A stretch of 63,869 bases of DNA, counting the filler, from an uncultured bacterium (GTDB taxonomy: Bacteria > CAYJRR01): assembly GCA_964372275.1 (NCBI GenBank). It is 6 parts of 5 records of this genome, joined end to end, with 100 filler letters (N's around TTAATTAATTAA, not from the genome) between each part and the next. Parts side by side here need not be neighbours in the genome. Positions count along the whole stretch, not along the records: positions 1 to 4,961 come from CAYJRR010000001.1; positions 5,062 to 21,582 come from CAYJRR010000002.1; 4 more parts are not named here. One strand, given 5' to 3'. The notes below the pieces were generated by a model. It searched no databases and was not told the DNA's origin. It saw nothing but the letters and a program-made list of their open reading frames with translations. Shown here one piece after another: positions 1 to 8,105 of the stretch (its first letter is position 1; each line of letters begins with the position of its first letter). A program made the position numbers and the translations under genes.

Positions 1-1
1 G

Positions 2-250
2 TGGGGGGCGGTCTACCGGAGCGAAACCAAGACCGACGCCGCGCCGCAAGAGGGTCCGGCGGCGCTCGAGCGCGTCCGCGCCGCGGTTCGCGGCGTGCCG
101 CTCGTCGCCATCGGAGGGATCACCCTGGCGCGGGTCCCCGAGATCCGCGCGGCGGGCGCCGACGCCTTCGCCGTGATCGGCGCCCTGCGCGACGCGCCCG
201 ATGCCGCGCTCCTCGCCCGCCGGATGGTCGAGGCCTGGACTCGTCGCTGA
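2..250 (+). CDS. thiE: Thiamine-phosphate synthase, C-terminal part (5' partial)
   Basis: Not in the ORF track. Frame 2 translated by hand gives WGAVYRSETKTDA...VPLVAIGGITLARVPEIRAAGADAFAVIGAL, matching the ThiE TxTK and PLVAIGGI motifs. Stop TGA at 248-250. Confidence 0.85.
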   Translation, partial: WGAVYRSETKTDAAPQEGPAALERVRAAVRGVPLVAIGGITLARVPEIRAAGADAFAVIGALRDAPDAALLARRMVEAWTRR

Positions 251-259
251 CCGCCTCGA

Positions 260-1828
260 TCAGCCGGCGCGAGCGATCTCGCGGAAGGCGATCCCCTTGG
301 CGAACGCTTCGCGCAGCTCGTCCTCCGGTTCGCTGTCCCAAACGATCCCGCCGCCCGCCGACCACCGAAGAACTCCGCCGGCGAGGACCGCGGTCCGGAT
401 CGCGACGGCGAAATCGGCCTCGCCCGCCTGTCCCAGGTATCCGACCGCGCCGCAGTAGACGCCGCGCGGCGACGGTTCCACCGATTCGATCACCTGCATG
501 GCGCGGACCTTCGGCGCTCCGGTGATCGATCCCGCCGGGAAGACGGCCCGCAACGCGTCGAGCTCGTCCAGCTCCGGCCGCAGCAGGCCTCGTACCTCCG
601 CTTCGAGGTGGTGGACGCGCGCGAAGCGCCGCCGTCCGAACAACGTCGGCACCTCGACCGAGCCCGGGACGCAGACCTTGCCCAGGTCGTTGCGATGGAC
701 GTCGACCACCATCAGGAGCTCGGCGCGATCCTTCTCGCTCGAGGCGAGCTCCTCGGCCGCGCGCCGGTCGAGGTCCGGGTCGTCGTTCCGCGGACGCGTC
801 CCCTTGATCGGCCGGGTCTCGACGCGGCGGCCCCGCACCGCAAGCAGCCGCTCCATCGAACCGCAGAGCACCGCGCGGTCCTCCCCTTCCAGACAGGCCG
901 CGAACGGCTCCGGGCTTCGTTCGCGCAGTCGCGCCCAAAGCCGGTCGACCGACGCCGCGGTCGGCGCGTGAAACCGGAGCGATAGGTTCGCCTGGTAGAG
1001 ATCCCCCTCACCGATCCGACGCCGGATCTCCTCCACCGCTGCCGCATGGTCCCACGCGTCGACCGCGTACTCCGCGCCGGTGCCGGCTTCGGCGCCCGCT
1101 CCGGAGTCGGCATCGGGCTCGGCATCCGCAACGGCCACGGACTCGGCCACGGATTCCGATTCGGATACGGATACGGTACCCGGCTCGGAATCGGACCCGG
1201 TCCGGGACCCACCCGTCCCTTCGCTCCACCGTTCCGCCCGCTCCCACAACCGCCGCAACCGCCCGGCCTCCTCCTCTGCGCCCCCGAGCGCCGTGTCGAT
1301 CGCGGCGATCCAGGTCGTCCCGGTGGCTTCGTCCCGGACGATCGCGCCACCGTAAAGGGCGAAGGCGAGCGGCGGGTCGACGTCGGCGCGACGGCCGGGG
1401 AACTTCGACGGGACGAGGCGCCGGCCGAGCTCGTACGAGAGCCAGCCGACCGCCCCGCCGGCGAACGGAAGCGAGGCCTCCTCGGGACGACGCGTGCCGC
1501 GGGTGAACCAGCGGACGGCGCCCCGCAGGGCGTCGAACGGGTCGGCGCCGTCGAAGCGCCATCGCACGGCGCGCGCGCTTCTGGATCCGTCGTCGTGGAT
1601 GGCCGTGACCTCCACCTGGCGCTCGCCGACGAGCCGCGCCCATCCCTGCGGCCGCGCGCACGCGATCGAGAAACGACCGGTGCCGGGGCCGGCGGCTGCG
1701 GAGGCGAGAACGGCGCGGAACGGCTCGCCGCGCAACGCCGTCCATAGGTCGAATTCGCCGGGCGCCCGCGAGCCCGTTGACGGGGCCGATCGATCGGAAG
1801 TGGGGAGCCGGATCTCGACGCGGGGCAT
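260..1828 (-). CDS. pabB: Aminodeoxychorismate synthase component I / anthranilate synthase component I family
   Basis: Chorismate-binding motifs GDLYQANLS, TRPIKGTRPR, KDRAELLMVVDVHRNDLG, FPAGSITGAPKVRAM, GGGIVWDSEPEDE. Start taken at ATG 1828 (ORF open to 1867). Confidence 0.85.
   Translation of the reverse strand: MPRVEIRLPTSDRSAPSTGSRAPGEFDLWTALRGEPFRAVLASAAAGPGTGRFSIACARPQGWARLVGERQVEVTAIHDDGSRSARAVRWRFDGADPFDALRGAVRWFTRGTRRPEEASLPFAGGAVGWLSYELGRRLVPSKFPGRRADVDPPLAFALYGGAIVRDEATGTTWIAAIDTALGGAEEEAGRLRRLWERAERWSEGTGGSRTGSDSEPGTVSVSESESVAESVAVADAEPDADSGAGAEAGTGAEYAVDAWDHAAAVEEIRRRIGEGDLYQANLSLRFHAPTAASVDRLWARLRERSPEPFAACLEGEDRAVLCGSMERLLAVRGRRVETRPIKGTRPRNDDPDLDRRAAEELASSEKDRAELLMVVDVHRNDLGKVCVPGSVEVPTLFGRRRFARVHHLEAEVRGLLRPELDELDALRAVFPAGSITGAPKVRAMQVIESVEPSPRGVYCGAVGYLGQAGEADFAVAIRTAVLAGGVLRWSAGGGIVWDSEPEDELREAFAKGIAFREIARAG
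1068..1215. repeat. Degenerate CGGNNN hexamer tract in frame within pabB
   Basis: cggcca cggact cggcca cggatt ccgatt cggata cggata cggtac; encodes SDSEPGTVSVSESESVAESVAVADAEPDADSGAGAEAG. Confidence 0.7.
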
Positions 1829-1891
1829 CGCGCGCGTAGCATCCCAAAGCGCGGCCGGAATCGCCACCCGGCTCGGATCGGATCCGAAACG

Positions 1892-3292
1892 TTACGACTC
1901 GCTGCGCGCCGCCAGATTCTCGAAGCGGGTGAATTCGGGGACGAAGCGCACCTCGACCTCGCCGACCGGTCCGTTGCGCTGCTTGCCGACGATGATCTCG
2001 GCGATCCCCTGCTTGTCGGTCTCCTTGTTGTAGACCTGGTCGCGGTAGACGAACATGATCACGTCGGCGTCCTGCTCGATCGCTCCGGACTCCCGCAGAT
2101 CGGAGAGCAGCGGCCGCTTGTCGTTCCGGCTCTCCAGGCTGCGGTTGAGCTGCGAGAGGGCCACCACCGGAACCTTCAGCTCCTTGGCGATCGACTTCAA
2201 GCCCCGGCTGATGTCCGAGATCTCGCGCTCCCGGCTCTCGTTGGCGCCGTAGCTAGAGCGCCCGCGCATCAGCTGCAGGTAGTCGACGATGATCAGGCCG
2301 ACCCCGTGCTGCTGCTGCATCCGTCGCGCCTTGGCGCGCATCTCCAACAGCGTGATCGCCGGCGTGTCGTCGATGAAGATCGGCGCCCGAGACAGGCGAT
2401 CCGCCGCCTTCACGATCCGGTCGTAGTCCCGGTCCGAGGCGTAACCACGCCGCAGCTTCTGGGCATCGACCCGCGCCTGGCTGGTCAACATTCGCATCAC
2501 CAGCTGCTCGGTTCCCATCTCCAGGCTGAAGACGGCGACGGCGACGGCGGGGTCGGCTTCGAGCGCCGCGTTCTCGGCGATGTTGAGCGCGAAGGCGGTC
2601 TTCCCCATCGACGGCCGGCCGGCGACGATCACCAGGTCGCCAGGCTGCAATCCGGAGGTCATCCGGTCGATGTCGAGGAATCCGGTCGGCACGCCGGTCA
2701 CGCCGTTCCCGCGCTCCGACTGCTTCTCCAGCGTGCGGAAACAGCCCTCCAGCGCCTTCTTGACGTGGACGAAGCTCTGCTTGTTCCGCTGGTGTCCGAT
2801 GTCGAGGATCGTCCGCTCGGCCTCGTCGAGGAACTGGTCGACGTCCCCACCCGGCTCGTGTCCGCGGTTGATGATGTCGCTCGCCGTGTGGATCAGGCGA
2901 CGCAGCACCGACTTCTCGTGGACGATCTTGACGTAGTGGACCAGGTTCGCCGTCGAGGGGACGACGTCGGGAAGGCCGGCGATGTAGTCGACGCCGCCCG
3001 CCTCCTCCAGCCGGTCGAGCTTGCGGAGGTGCTCCACGAGGGTCAGCGTGTCGATCGCCTCGTTCTTCTCCGCCAGCTCGATCATCGCCTGGAAGAGCAC
3101 TCGGTGCGGGAGGCGGTAGAAGTCGTCCGCCTGCAGGCGCTCGACCGCGACCGACGCCGCCGCGTTGTCGAGCATCAGGCAGCCGAGCACCGACTGCTCC
3201 GCCTCGAGGCTCTGTGGCGGCAGGCGGCCGCTGGCGCGGAGCTCGTCGAGCTCGCCGCCGCTTGCGTGAACGTTGTCCTGGATGGATGACAC
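1892..3292 (-). CDS. dnaB: Replicative DNA helicase DnaB
   Basis: PPQSLEAEQSVLG N-terminus, Walker A AGRPSMGKT, IIVDYLQLM, SDLRESGAIEQDAD, KQRNGP. Likely start GTG 3292 after GAGGG (466 aa); the 752-aa track ORF is over-extended. Confidence 0.95.
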   Translation of the reverse strand: MSSIQDNVHASGGELDELRASGRLPPQSLEAEQSVLGCLMLDNAAASVAVERLQADDFYRLPHRVLFQAMIELAEKNEAIDTLTLVEHLRKLDRLEEAGGVDYIAGLPDVVPSTANLVHYVKIVHEKSVLRRLIHTASDIINRGHEPGGDVDQFLDEAERTILDIGHQRNKQSFVHVKKALEGCFRTLEKQSERGNGVTGVPTGFLDIDRMTSGLQPGDLVIVAGRPSMGKTAFALNIAENAALEADPAVAVAVFSLEMGTEQLVMRMLTSQARVDAQKLRRGYASDRDYDRIVKAADRLSRAPIFIDDTPAITLLEMRAKARRMQQQHGVGLIIVDYLQLMRGRSSYGANESREREISDISRGLKSIAKELKVPVVALSQLNRSLESRNDKRPLLSDLRESGAIEQDADVIMFVYRDQVYNKETDKQGIAEIIVGKQRNGPVGEVEVRFVPEFTRFENLAARSES

Positions 3293-3394
3293 GATCGACC
3301 CTCGTCCCGACGGAAGCGGATGCACACTACCGCGCCCCGAAAGCCGGTCAATGGTCCGCGGCCGGCGTGGCAGCGCCGACTGCGCGGGAATCGC

Positions 3395-3516
3395 TGTGGA
3401 CGACCTGTGGATCGCGGTGTGAATCGCGGGGGATGCCACACCGAGGAGGGACGCGCGCGGACGCCGTGTGGATCTGTGGATCGTCCGCGGCGAAGCCCGC
3501 GAAAAATATTTTCGCG
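3395..3516. promoter_or_regulatory. Cluster of DnaA-box-like 9-mers plus an AT-rich near-palindrome upstream of dnaB
   Basis: TGTGGACGA 3395, TGTGGATCG 3406, TGTGAATCG 3418, TGTGGATCT 3467, TGTGGATCG 3475 (consensus TGTGGATAA); GCGAAAAATATTTTCGC at about 3499-3515. Confidence 0.5.
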
Positions 3517-3579
3517 CCAGCTCCGTCCGCCGCGCTCCTGCCCTGGACGGCAGTCCGGGTCGGGCCCTCCCGAAGACAA

Positions 3580-3909
3580 CTAACGAATACGTAGCCGATC
3601 GAGCTCGTGGCCGATCCGGCCGGAAAGGATCAGCGCGTACATCTTGAAGTCGCCGCGGAGCGACCAGAGCGGATGGCCGAAGGTCGCGGGACGGTTTCCC
3701 TCGACGAAAAAGTGTCCGATCCAGGCGCAGCCGTAGGCGAGCACCGGCCCCAGCGCGACGATCGCCGGCCGCCTCCAGACGATCGCCGCCGAGAGACACA
3801 GCAGCGCCAGCGTGGTGCCGACGGTGTGCAGGAGTCGCGTGCCGGGCTTGGCGTGCTGGCCGAGGTAGAAGGGCCAGAAGTCGTCGAAGGAACGGAACGG
3901 TCCCGCCAT
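3580..3909 (-). CDS. DUF962 / Mpo1-like small membrane protein
   Basis: MAGPFRSFDDFWPFYLGQHAKPGTRLLHTVGT...AWIGHFFVEGNRPATFGHPLWSLRGDFKM is the typical DUF962 pattern. ATG 3909 follows GGAGG. Confidence 0.88.
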   Translation of the reverse strand: MAGPFRSFDDFWPFYLGQHAKPGTRLLHTVGTTLALLCLSAAIVWRRPAIVALGPVLAYGCAWIGHFFVEGNRPATFGHPLWSLRGDFKMYALILSGRIGHELDRLRIR

Positions 3910-3966
3910 GGTGGCCTCCGCGGCGGATCGTAGCGTCGCCGCGGCGGCGAGGCGAGGCCGCGGCGG

Positions 3967-4341
<375 letters not shown>

Positions 4342-4375
4342 TGGGCCGTCGGCATCGCAGCGACCGCGCCGGCGA

Positions 4376-4724
4376 GACTGCCGCCGTCACGGTCGCTGCT
4401 CGGCTGCCTCCTCACGCATGGAGTGGGAGCCGCTTTGCGCGCCCCGCCGCGGGGACGCTCCCGGGTATGGCGGGGGCGTTCCCGAGGCGGGGGGCGGACA
4501 GGGGCAACAACATGTTCATGGCGGGGGAGGTGGCGATGCAGCTGGNNNNNNNNNNTACGGCGGCGGTCACGCTCGCTGCTGGGCTGCCTCCTCACGCATG
4601 GTGTGTGAGCCGCTTTGCGGGCCCCGCCTCGGGAACGGCCCCGGGGGGGCGAGAGCGTTCCCGAGGCGGGGCGCGGAAAGGGGCAACAACATGTTCATGG
4701 CGGTGGAGGTGGCGATGCAGCTGG
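4376..4724. repeat. ~170-bp imperfect direct duplication flanking the 10-N gap at 4546-4555 (probably a scaffolding overlap)
   Basis: 4376-4545 and 4556-4724 both carry gctgcctcctcacgcatgg...gggcaacaacatgttcatggcgg...gcgatgcagctgg with scattered mismatches. Confidence 0.8.
4621..4672 (+). promoter_or_regulatory. Perfect 17-bp stem-loop just upstream of the four-helix-bundle RBS
   Basis: GCCCCGCCTCGGGAACG (4621-4637) and CGTTCCCGAGGCGGGGC (4656-4672), followed by AAAGGGG and ATG 4691. Confidence 0.6.
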
Positions 4725-4961
4725 TCACGGAGCTGCGGGGGATCCTGCCGATGATCCGGGCGAGGGACCCCAAGCTCGCTCAGCAGATCCAGGACGCGGC
4801 GAACGGTGTGGGCTCCTGCGCGAGCGAAGGCCGGCGACGCACAGGCGGGGATCGGTTGCACCTGTTCCGGATCGCCGCGGGCAGCGCAGCCGAAGTCCAG
4901 ACGCAGCTCCGTCTCGCCGAAGCCTGGGGCCATGTACCCGGCGATCGGATCCGAAAAAGCA
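4691..4961 (+). CDS. Four helix bundle protein (23S rRNA IVP / bAvd-like fold), 3' partial
   Basis: MFMAVEVAMQLVTELRGILPMIRARDPKLAQQIQDAANGVGSCASEGRRRTGGDRLHLFRIAAGSAAEVQTQLRLAEAWGHV matches the family pattern L..Q..RAA.S...N..EG..R......F.IA.GS..E....L. Confidence 0.85.
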
Positions 4962-5061
4962 NNNNNNNNNNNNNNNNNNNNNNNNNNNNNNNNNNNNNNN
5001 NNNNNTTAATTAATTAANNNNNNNNNNNNNNNNNNNNNNNNNNNNNNNNNNNNNNNNNNNN
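4962..5061. other. Artificial contig linker
   Basis: N-run + TTAATTAATTAA (stops in all six frames) + N-run, 100 bp. Confidence 0.98.
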
Positions 5062-5062
5062 G

Positions 5063-5833
5063 GGGATCGCCCCGCCGGCCGACCGGCTCGCCCGCTACCT
5101 GGCGGAACGGGTCGCCCCGGAGGCGGAGCCGAAGGCGGCGCTCGACTCGGTCCGCGGCGCCGACCTCTCGCTCGCCTGCGCCTGCGCCGGCGGCACCCCG
5201 AAGGCGATCGACGCCTTCGAGGGACACTGCATGCCGGCGGTCGACGCGGCCCTGCGCGCGATGGCGATCCCGGCCGACGCCGTCGACGAGGTGAAGCAGG
5301 CCCTCCGCGAGCGGCTGTTCGTCGCGGGCGAAGGAGCGCCGCCGCGAATCGCCGGCTACCGCGGCACCGGCGATCTCCGCACCTGGGTCCGGGTGGCCGC
5401 GGTCCGCGATGCGCTTCGGAAGGTCCGCGCGCGACACGGGGGCGAGACCGGCGACGACGCGATCCTTCTCGCGCTTCCGGCGTCGGGACGGGATCCCGGG
5501 CTCGAAGGGCTTCGCGAACGGTGTCGCGGGGCGTTCAAGGACGCGTTCCGCGAGGCGCTGGAGTCGCTCTCCGACCGCGAGAAGACGCTGCTTCGCCACC
5601 AGTACGTCGACGCCCTGACCGTCGACGCCATCGGCGCCATCTACCACGTCCACCGCGCCACCGCCGCCCGGTGGGTGGCCGCGGCGCGGGAGCGCCTCCT
5701 GACGCGAACGCGGCGTGGTCTCCAGACCCGCCTGCGTCTGCCGGCCGCCGACTGCGAGAGCGTCCTGAAGCTTGCGCGAAGCGGACTCGACGTGAGCCTG
5801 GTGCGATACCTGGGCTCCGATTCCACGTCGTAG
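5063..5833 (+). CDS. Myxococcales-type RNA polymerase sigma-70-like regulator (5' partial)
   Basis: Frame is open from the contig edge: ADLSLACACAGGTPKAIDAFE, PRIAGYRGTGDLRTWVRVAAVR, and a region-4 HTH LTVDAIGAIYHVHRATAARWV. Confidence 0.75.
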   Translation, partial: GIAPPADRLARYLAERVAPEAEPKAALDSVRGADLSLACACAGGTPKAIDAFEGHCMPAVDAALRAMAIPADAVDEVKQALRERLFVAGEGAPPRIAGYRGTGDLRTWVRVAAVRDALRKVRARHGGETGDDAILLALPASGRDPGLEGLRERCRGAFKDAFREALESLSDREKTLLRHQYVDALTVDAIGAIYHVHRATAARWVAAARERLLTRTRRGLQTRLRLPAADCESVLKLARSGLDVSLVRYLGSDSTS

Positions 5834-5990
5834 GAGGACGGCTCCCGAAGGTCGCGATTGCGCGGACAAATCCCCGTTCGGGATCGGATCCCGACGACGC
5901 CGAAAAAATCCACGCGACGACTCGCCGGCCCCGACTCCTAGGGGCAAGGACGCAAACGACACGTCGTCCGACATCCAAGGGAGAACGAAC

Positions 5991-6458
5991 ATGGGCTTTT
6001 TCGACAAGATCAAAGGCGCGATGAACGCAATGACCGGCAATGCGGCGAAGGTGGAGCTCGAGTTCCTCCCCGCCATCGCATTCCCGGGCGACAAGGTGAC
6101 GGTGAAGATCAAGGCGACCTCCACGGGGCAGGAGGTGAAGTCGAAGGGGGTCTACGTCGACCTCGCCGGGTTGGAAGAGATCAAGATCAAGAAGGGGGTC
6201 GGGAGCCCGGTCGCCGAAGATCTCTCGGTCAGCAAGAACACCTACGAGCAGGCGATCCCGCTCGCGACGGCGTTCGTCCTCCAACCGAACGAGACCAAGC
6301 TGTTCGAGGGGACGATCCAGATCCCGGCGACGGCCCAGCCGACCTACGCCGGCGCCTACACCTCGCACGAGTGGAAGCTTCGCGGGCGCGTCGAGGCGTT
6401 CGGGAACGACCCCGACTCGGGCTACCTGCCGATCAAGATCGGCTCCAAGCCCAACTGA
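5991..6458 (+). CDS. Spo0M-like (arrestin-fold) protein
   Basis: MGFFDKIK...GNAAKVELE...PGDKVTVKI...; beta-rich, ending WKLRGRVEAFGNDPDS; RBS AGGGAG. Confidence 0.65.
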   Translation: MGFFDKIKGAMNAMTGNAAKVELEFLPAIAFPGDKVTVKIKATSTGQEVKSKGVYVDLAGLEEIKIKKGVGSPVAEDLSVSKNTYEQAIPLATAFVLQPNETKLFEGTIQIPATAQPTYAGAYTSHEWKLRGRVEAFGNDPDSGYLPIKIGSKPN

Positions 6459-6500
6459 ACGATACTCCCGGACATCCAGGTCTGACCCCCCGGATGTCGG

Positions 6501-6536
6501 CCGCCCTCCGAGACTCCCTCGGAGGGCGGTTTTTTT
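6501..6536 (+). terminator. Rho-independent terminator
   Basis: CCGCCCTCCGAG-actcc-CTCGGAGGGCGG followed by T7. Confidence 0.9.
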
Positions 6537-7525
6537 CACGCCGGCTTCGGCAGCCGGAGTGCGCGGCGGAGGCGTTCGCGATAGCGATCGACGACCCCGG
6601 GATCGAGCGAGGGCTCGCGTTCCAGCACGTAGGCCTGGAACTCGTTGGCGACGAGCCGCTCGTCGGCGACGTCGTAATGATGCCGAAACTGCTCCAGGAT
6701 CGCCTGACGGTCCTCGGGCGCGACCTCCTCGCGCCAAAACCGGATCGCCGCGGCGCGATACGCCGGATCCCGGAAGAACCGGGCATGCGAGACCTCGTGG
6801 TCGAGCACCGCGTGGGCCAGCGGCTCGGGGTCATCGCCGGGGGCGTAGGCGATCAACGTCCAGTCGGGGTCGGCGCGGAGCCGCGGGAGGAGCACGTGGT
6901 TCCAGAAGTCGTCCTCGATCTGGAGTAGCTCTTCGCCCCGGGTCCAAGTCGACGAAGGCCGCGCGAAGGTGACCCGCTCGCCGGTGAAGCGCGTCCAGAA
7001 GTCGAGAAGATCCCGCCCCTGGAGATCGTGACCGGCGAGGGCGTGCAAGTGCCGCAAGTTCTCCTCGTGATCGGGGATCGCGTGCGTCCGCTCGATCGAT
7101 CGGCTGGCGCGCGCGAGCGCTCCGTTCATGGCCGTCTCGTCGCTGAAGGCACAGACCAGCGTCTTCGCGACCTCCGCCAGCGGCGCGCAGAAGACGTGGT
7201 GGCCGCCCGGGTGCCGGGCCAGGCTCGTCGACAGGGCGAGCCCGTCGGCGGCGCTCGCCCGTGAGATCGGCCGCGTCGTGGTCTCGATCGTCAGAGCCCG
7301 CGGCGCCTCGAAGAGCACCGACGTCTGCTCGAGGAGCGTTCCGATCCCGACGAGCGACGGCGCCGGCTCTGGGCCGCACCCGCCCGCCCCCGCGGCACCG
7401 GGCATTGCGCCCGCCGCCTGCGCGGCGACCCGTTGGGTCGACGCCAGCAGCGAGGCGAGGACGCCGGCGGCGATCGAAGCGCGCGCGAGGCGCGTCCACG
7501 GAAGCACCGCCGCCCTCGTCCTCAA
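6536..7525 (-). CDS. Secreted hypothetical protein with HExxH (zincin-like) motif
   Basis: Signal-like N-terminus; AVLDHEVSHARF and a downstream ANEFQAY that could supply a third ligand (Glu). Confidence 0.6.
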   Translation of the reverse strand: MRTRAAVLPWTRLARASIAAGVLASLLASTQRVAAQAAGAMPGAAGAGGCGPEPAPSLVGIGTLLEQTSVLFEAPRALTIETTTRPISRASAADGLALSTSLARHPGGHHVFCAPLAEVAKTLVCAFSDETAMNGALARASRSIERTHAIPDHEENLRHLHALAGHDLQGRDLLDFWTRFTGERVTFARPSSTWTRGEELLQIEDDFWNHVLLPRLRADPDWTLIAYAPGDDPEPLAHAVLDHEVSHARFFRDPAYRAAAIRFWREEVAPEDRQAILEQFRHHYDVADERLVANEFQAYVLEREPSLDPGVVDRYRERLRRALRLPKPA

Positions 7526-7857
7526 TCGAGATTCAGGTGGCGCTCGACGCGACGCAGGCGCTGGTCGAGATCCAGGTGCCGCTCGATGTCGACCTTCCGC
7601 ATGGCGGCGATGTCACCCTTCATCTCCGAGACGTCACCCTTCATCTCCGAGATGTCGCCCTTCATCTCCGAGATTTCGCCTTTCATTTCGGCGATGTCGA
7701 CGCGCATCGCTCCGACGGATCCGTCGATCGACGTCAAGCGGAGCGCGATCTCTTGGAACCTTGGCTCGAGCGCATCGGCGACGGCCTTCCCGATGACGGA
7801 CGCCAACTCCAGGTCCGAAAGTCTGCGGCGGGTTTTCGCAGTCACGACCTCGAGCAC
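7522..7857 (-). CDS. Small coiled-coil protein with heptad repeats
   Basis: (E/D)ISEMKG x4, ending LDQRLRRVERHLNLD; 4-bp overlap with the next gene. Confidence 0.65.
   Translation of the reverse strand: MLEVVTAKTRRRLSDLELASVIGKAVADALEPRFQEIALRLTSIDGSVGAMRVDIAEMKGEISEMKGDISEMKGDVSEMKGDIAAMRKVDIERHLDLDQRLRRVERHLNLD
7606..7689. repeat. 21-bp coding tandem repeat x4
   Basis: ggcgatgtcacccttcatctc / cgagacgtcacccttcatctc / cgagatgtcgcccttcatctc / cgagatttcgcctttcatttc. Confidence 0.85.
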
Positions 7858-8105
7858 CTCCGGATTCTACCATCTACAAGCGGTGTGCCGGGACCCCCGA
7901 GTCGGGCGGATTTTTCGCAGGGTCTTCGAAACGTTGCGTACCGGGCGCGAACGCGATTCGGCCCGAATCGTCGGTTCGGCCCGGTCGTCCGGCCGACCGG
8001 CTCCCTGCCGGACGGATCGCCGCCCGGTACGCTAGGGGTCTCCGCCCGGAACGGCTAGGCTCGCCCTGGGACTCGGGAGCCGTCGACGGTCTCTCGGGCG
8101 CGACG

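Noticed and set aside
3395-3516. Replication origin (oriC)
   Set aside because: Only five degenerate boxes, no extended unwinding element, and no dnaA/dnaN/gidA nearby. Kept only as a possible regulatory site.
4376-4724. Duplicated leader read as a DGR template/variable repeat pair or a true tandem duplication
   Set aside because: Mismatches are not adenine-specific, are mostly transversions involving G, and break the hairpin without compensation. The copies straddle a 10-N gap, and the gap at 33284 also duplicates its flank (gggtccat). No reverse transcriptase is present. Best explained as unmerged low-quality contig ends, although two paralogous copies cannot be fully excluded.
5991-6458. 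Evidence of endospore formation from Spo0M-like and YtfJ genes
   Set aside because: Both families occur in non-sporulating bacteria, and lptE and bamD show a diderm envelope.
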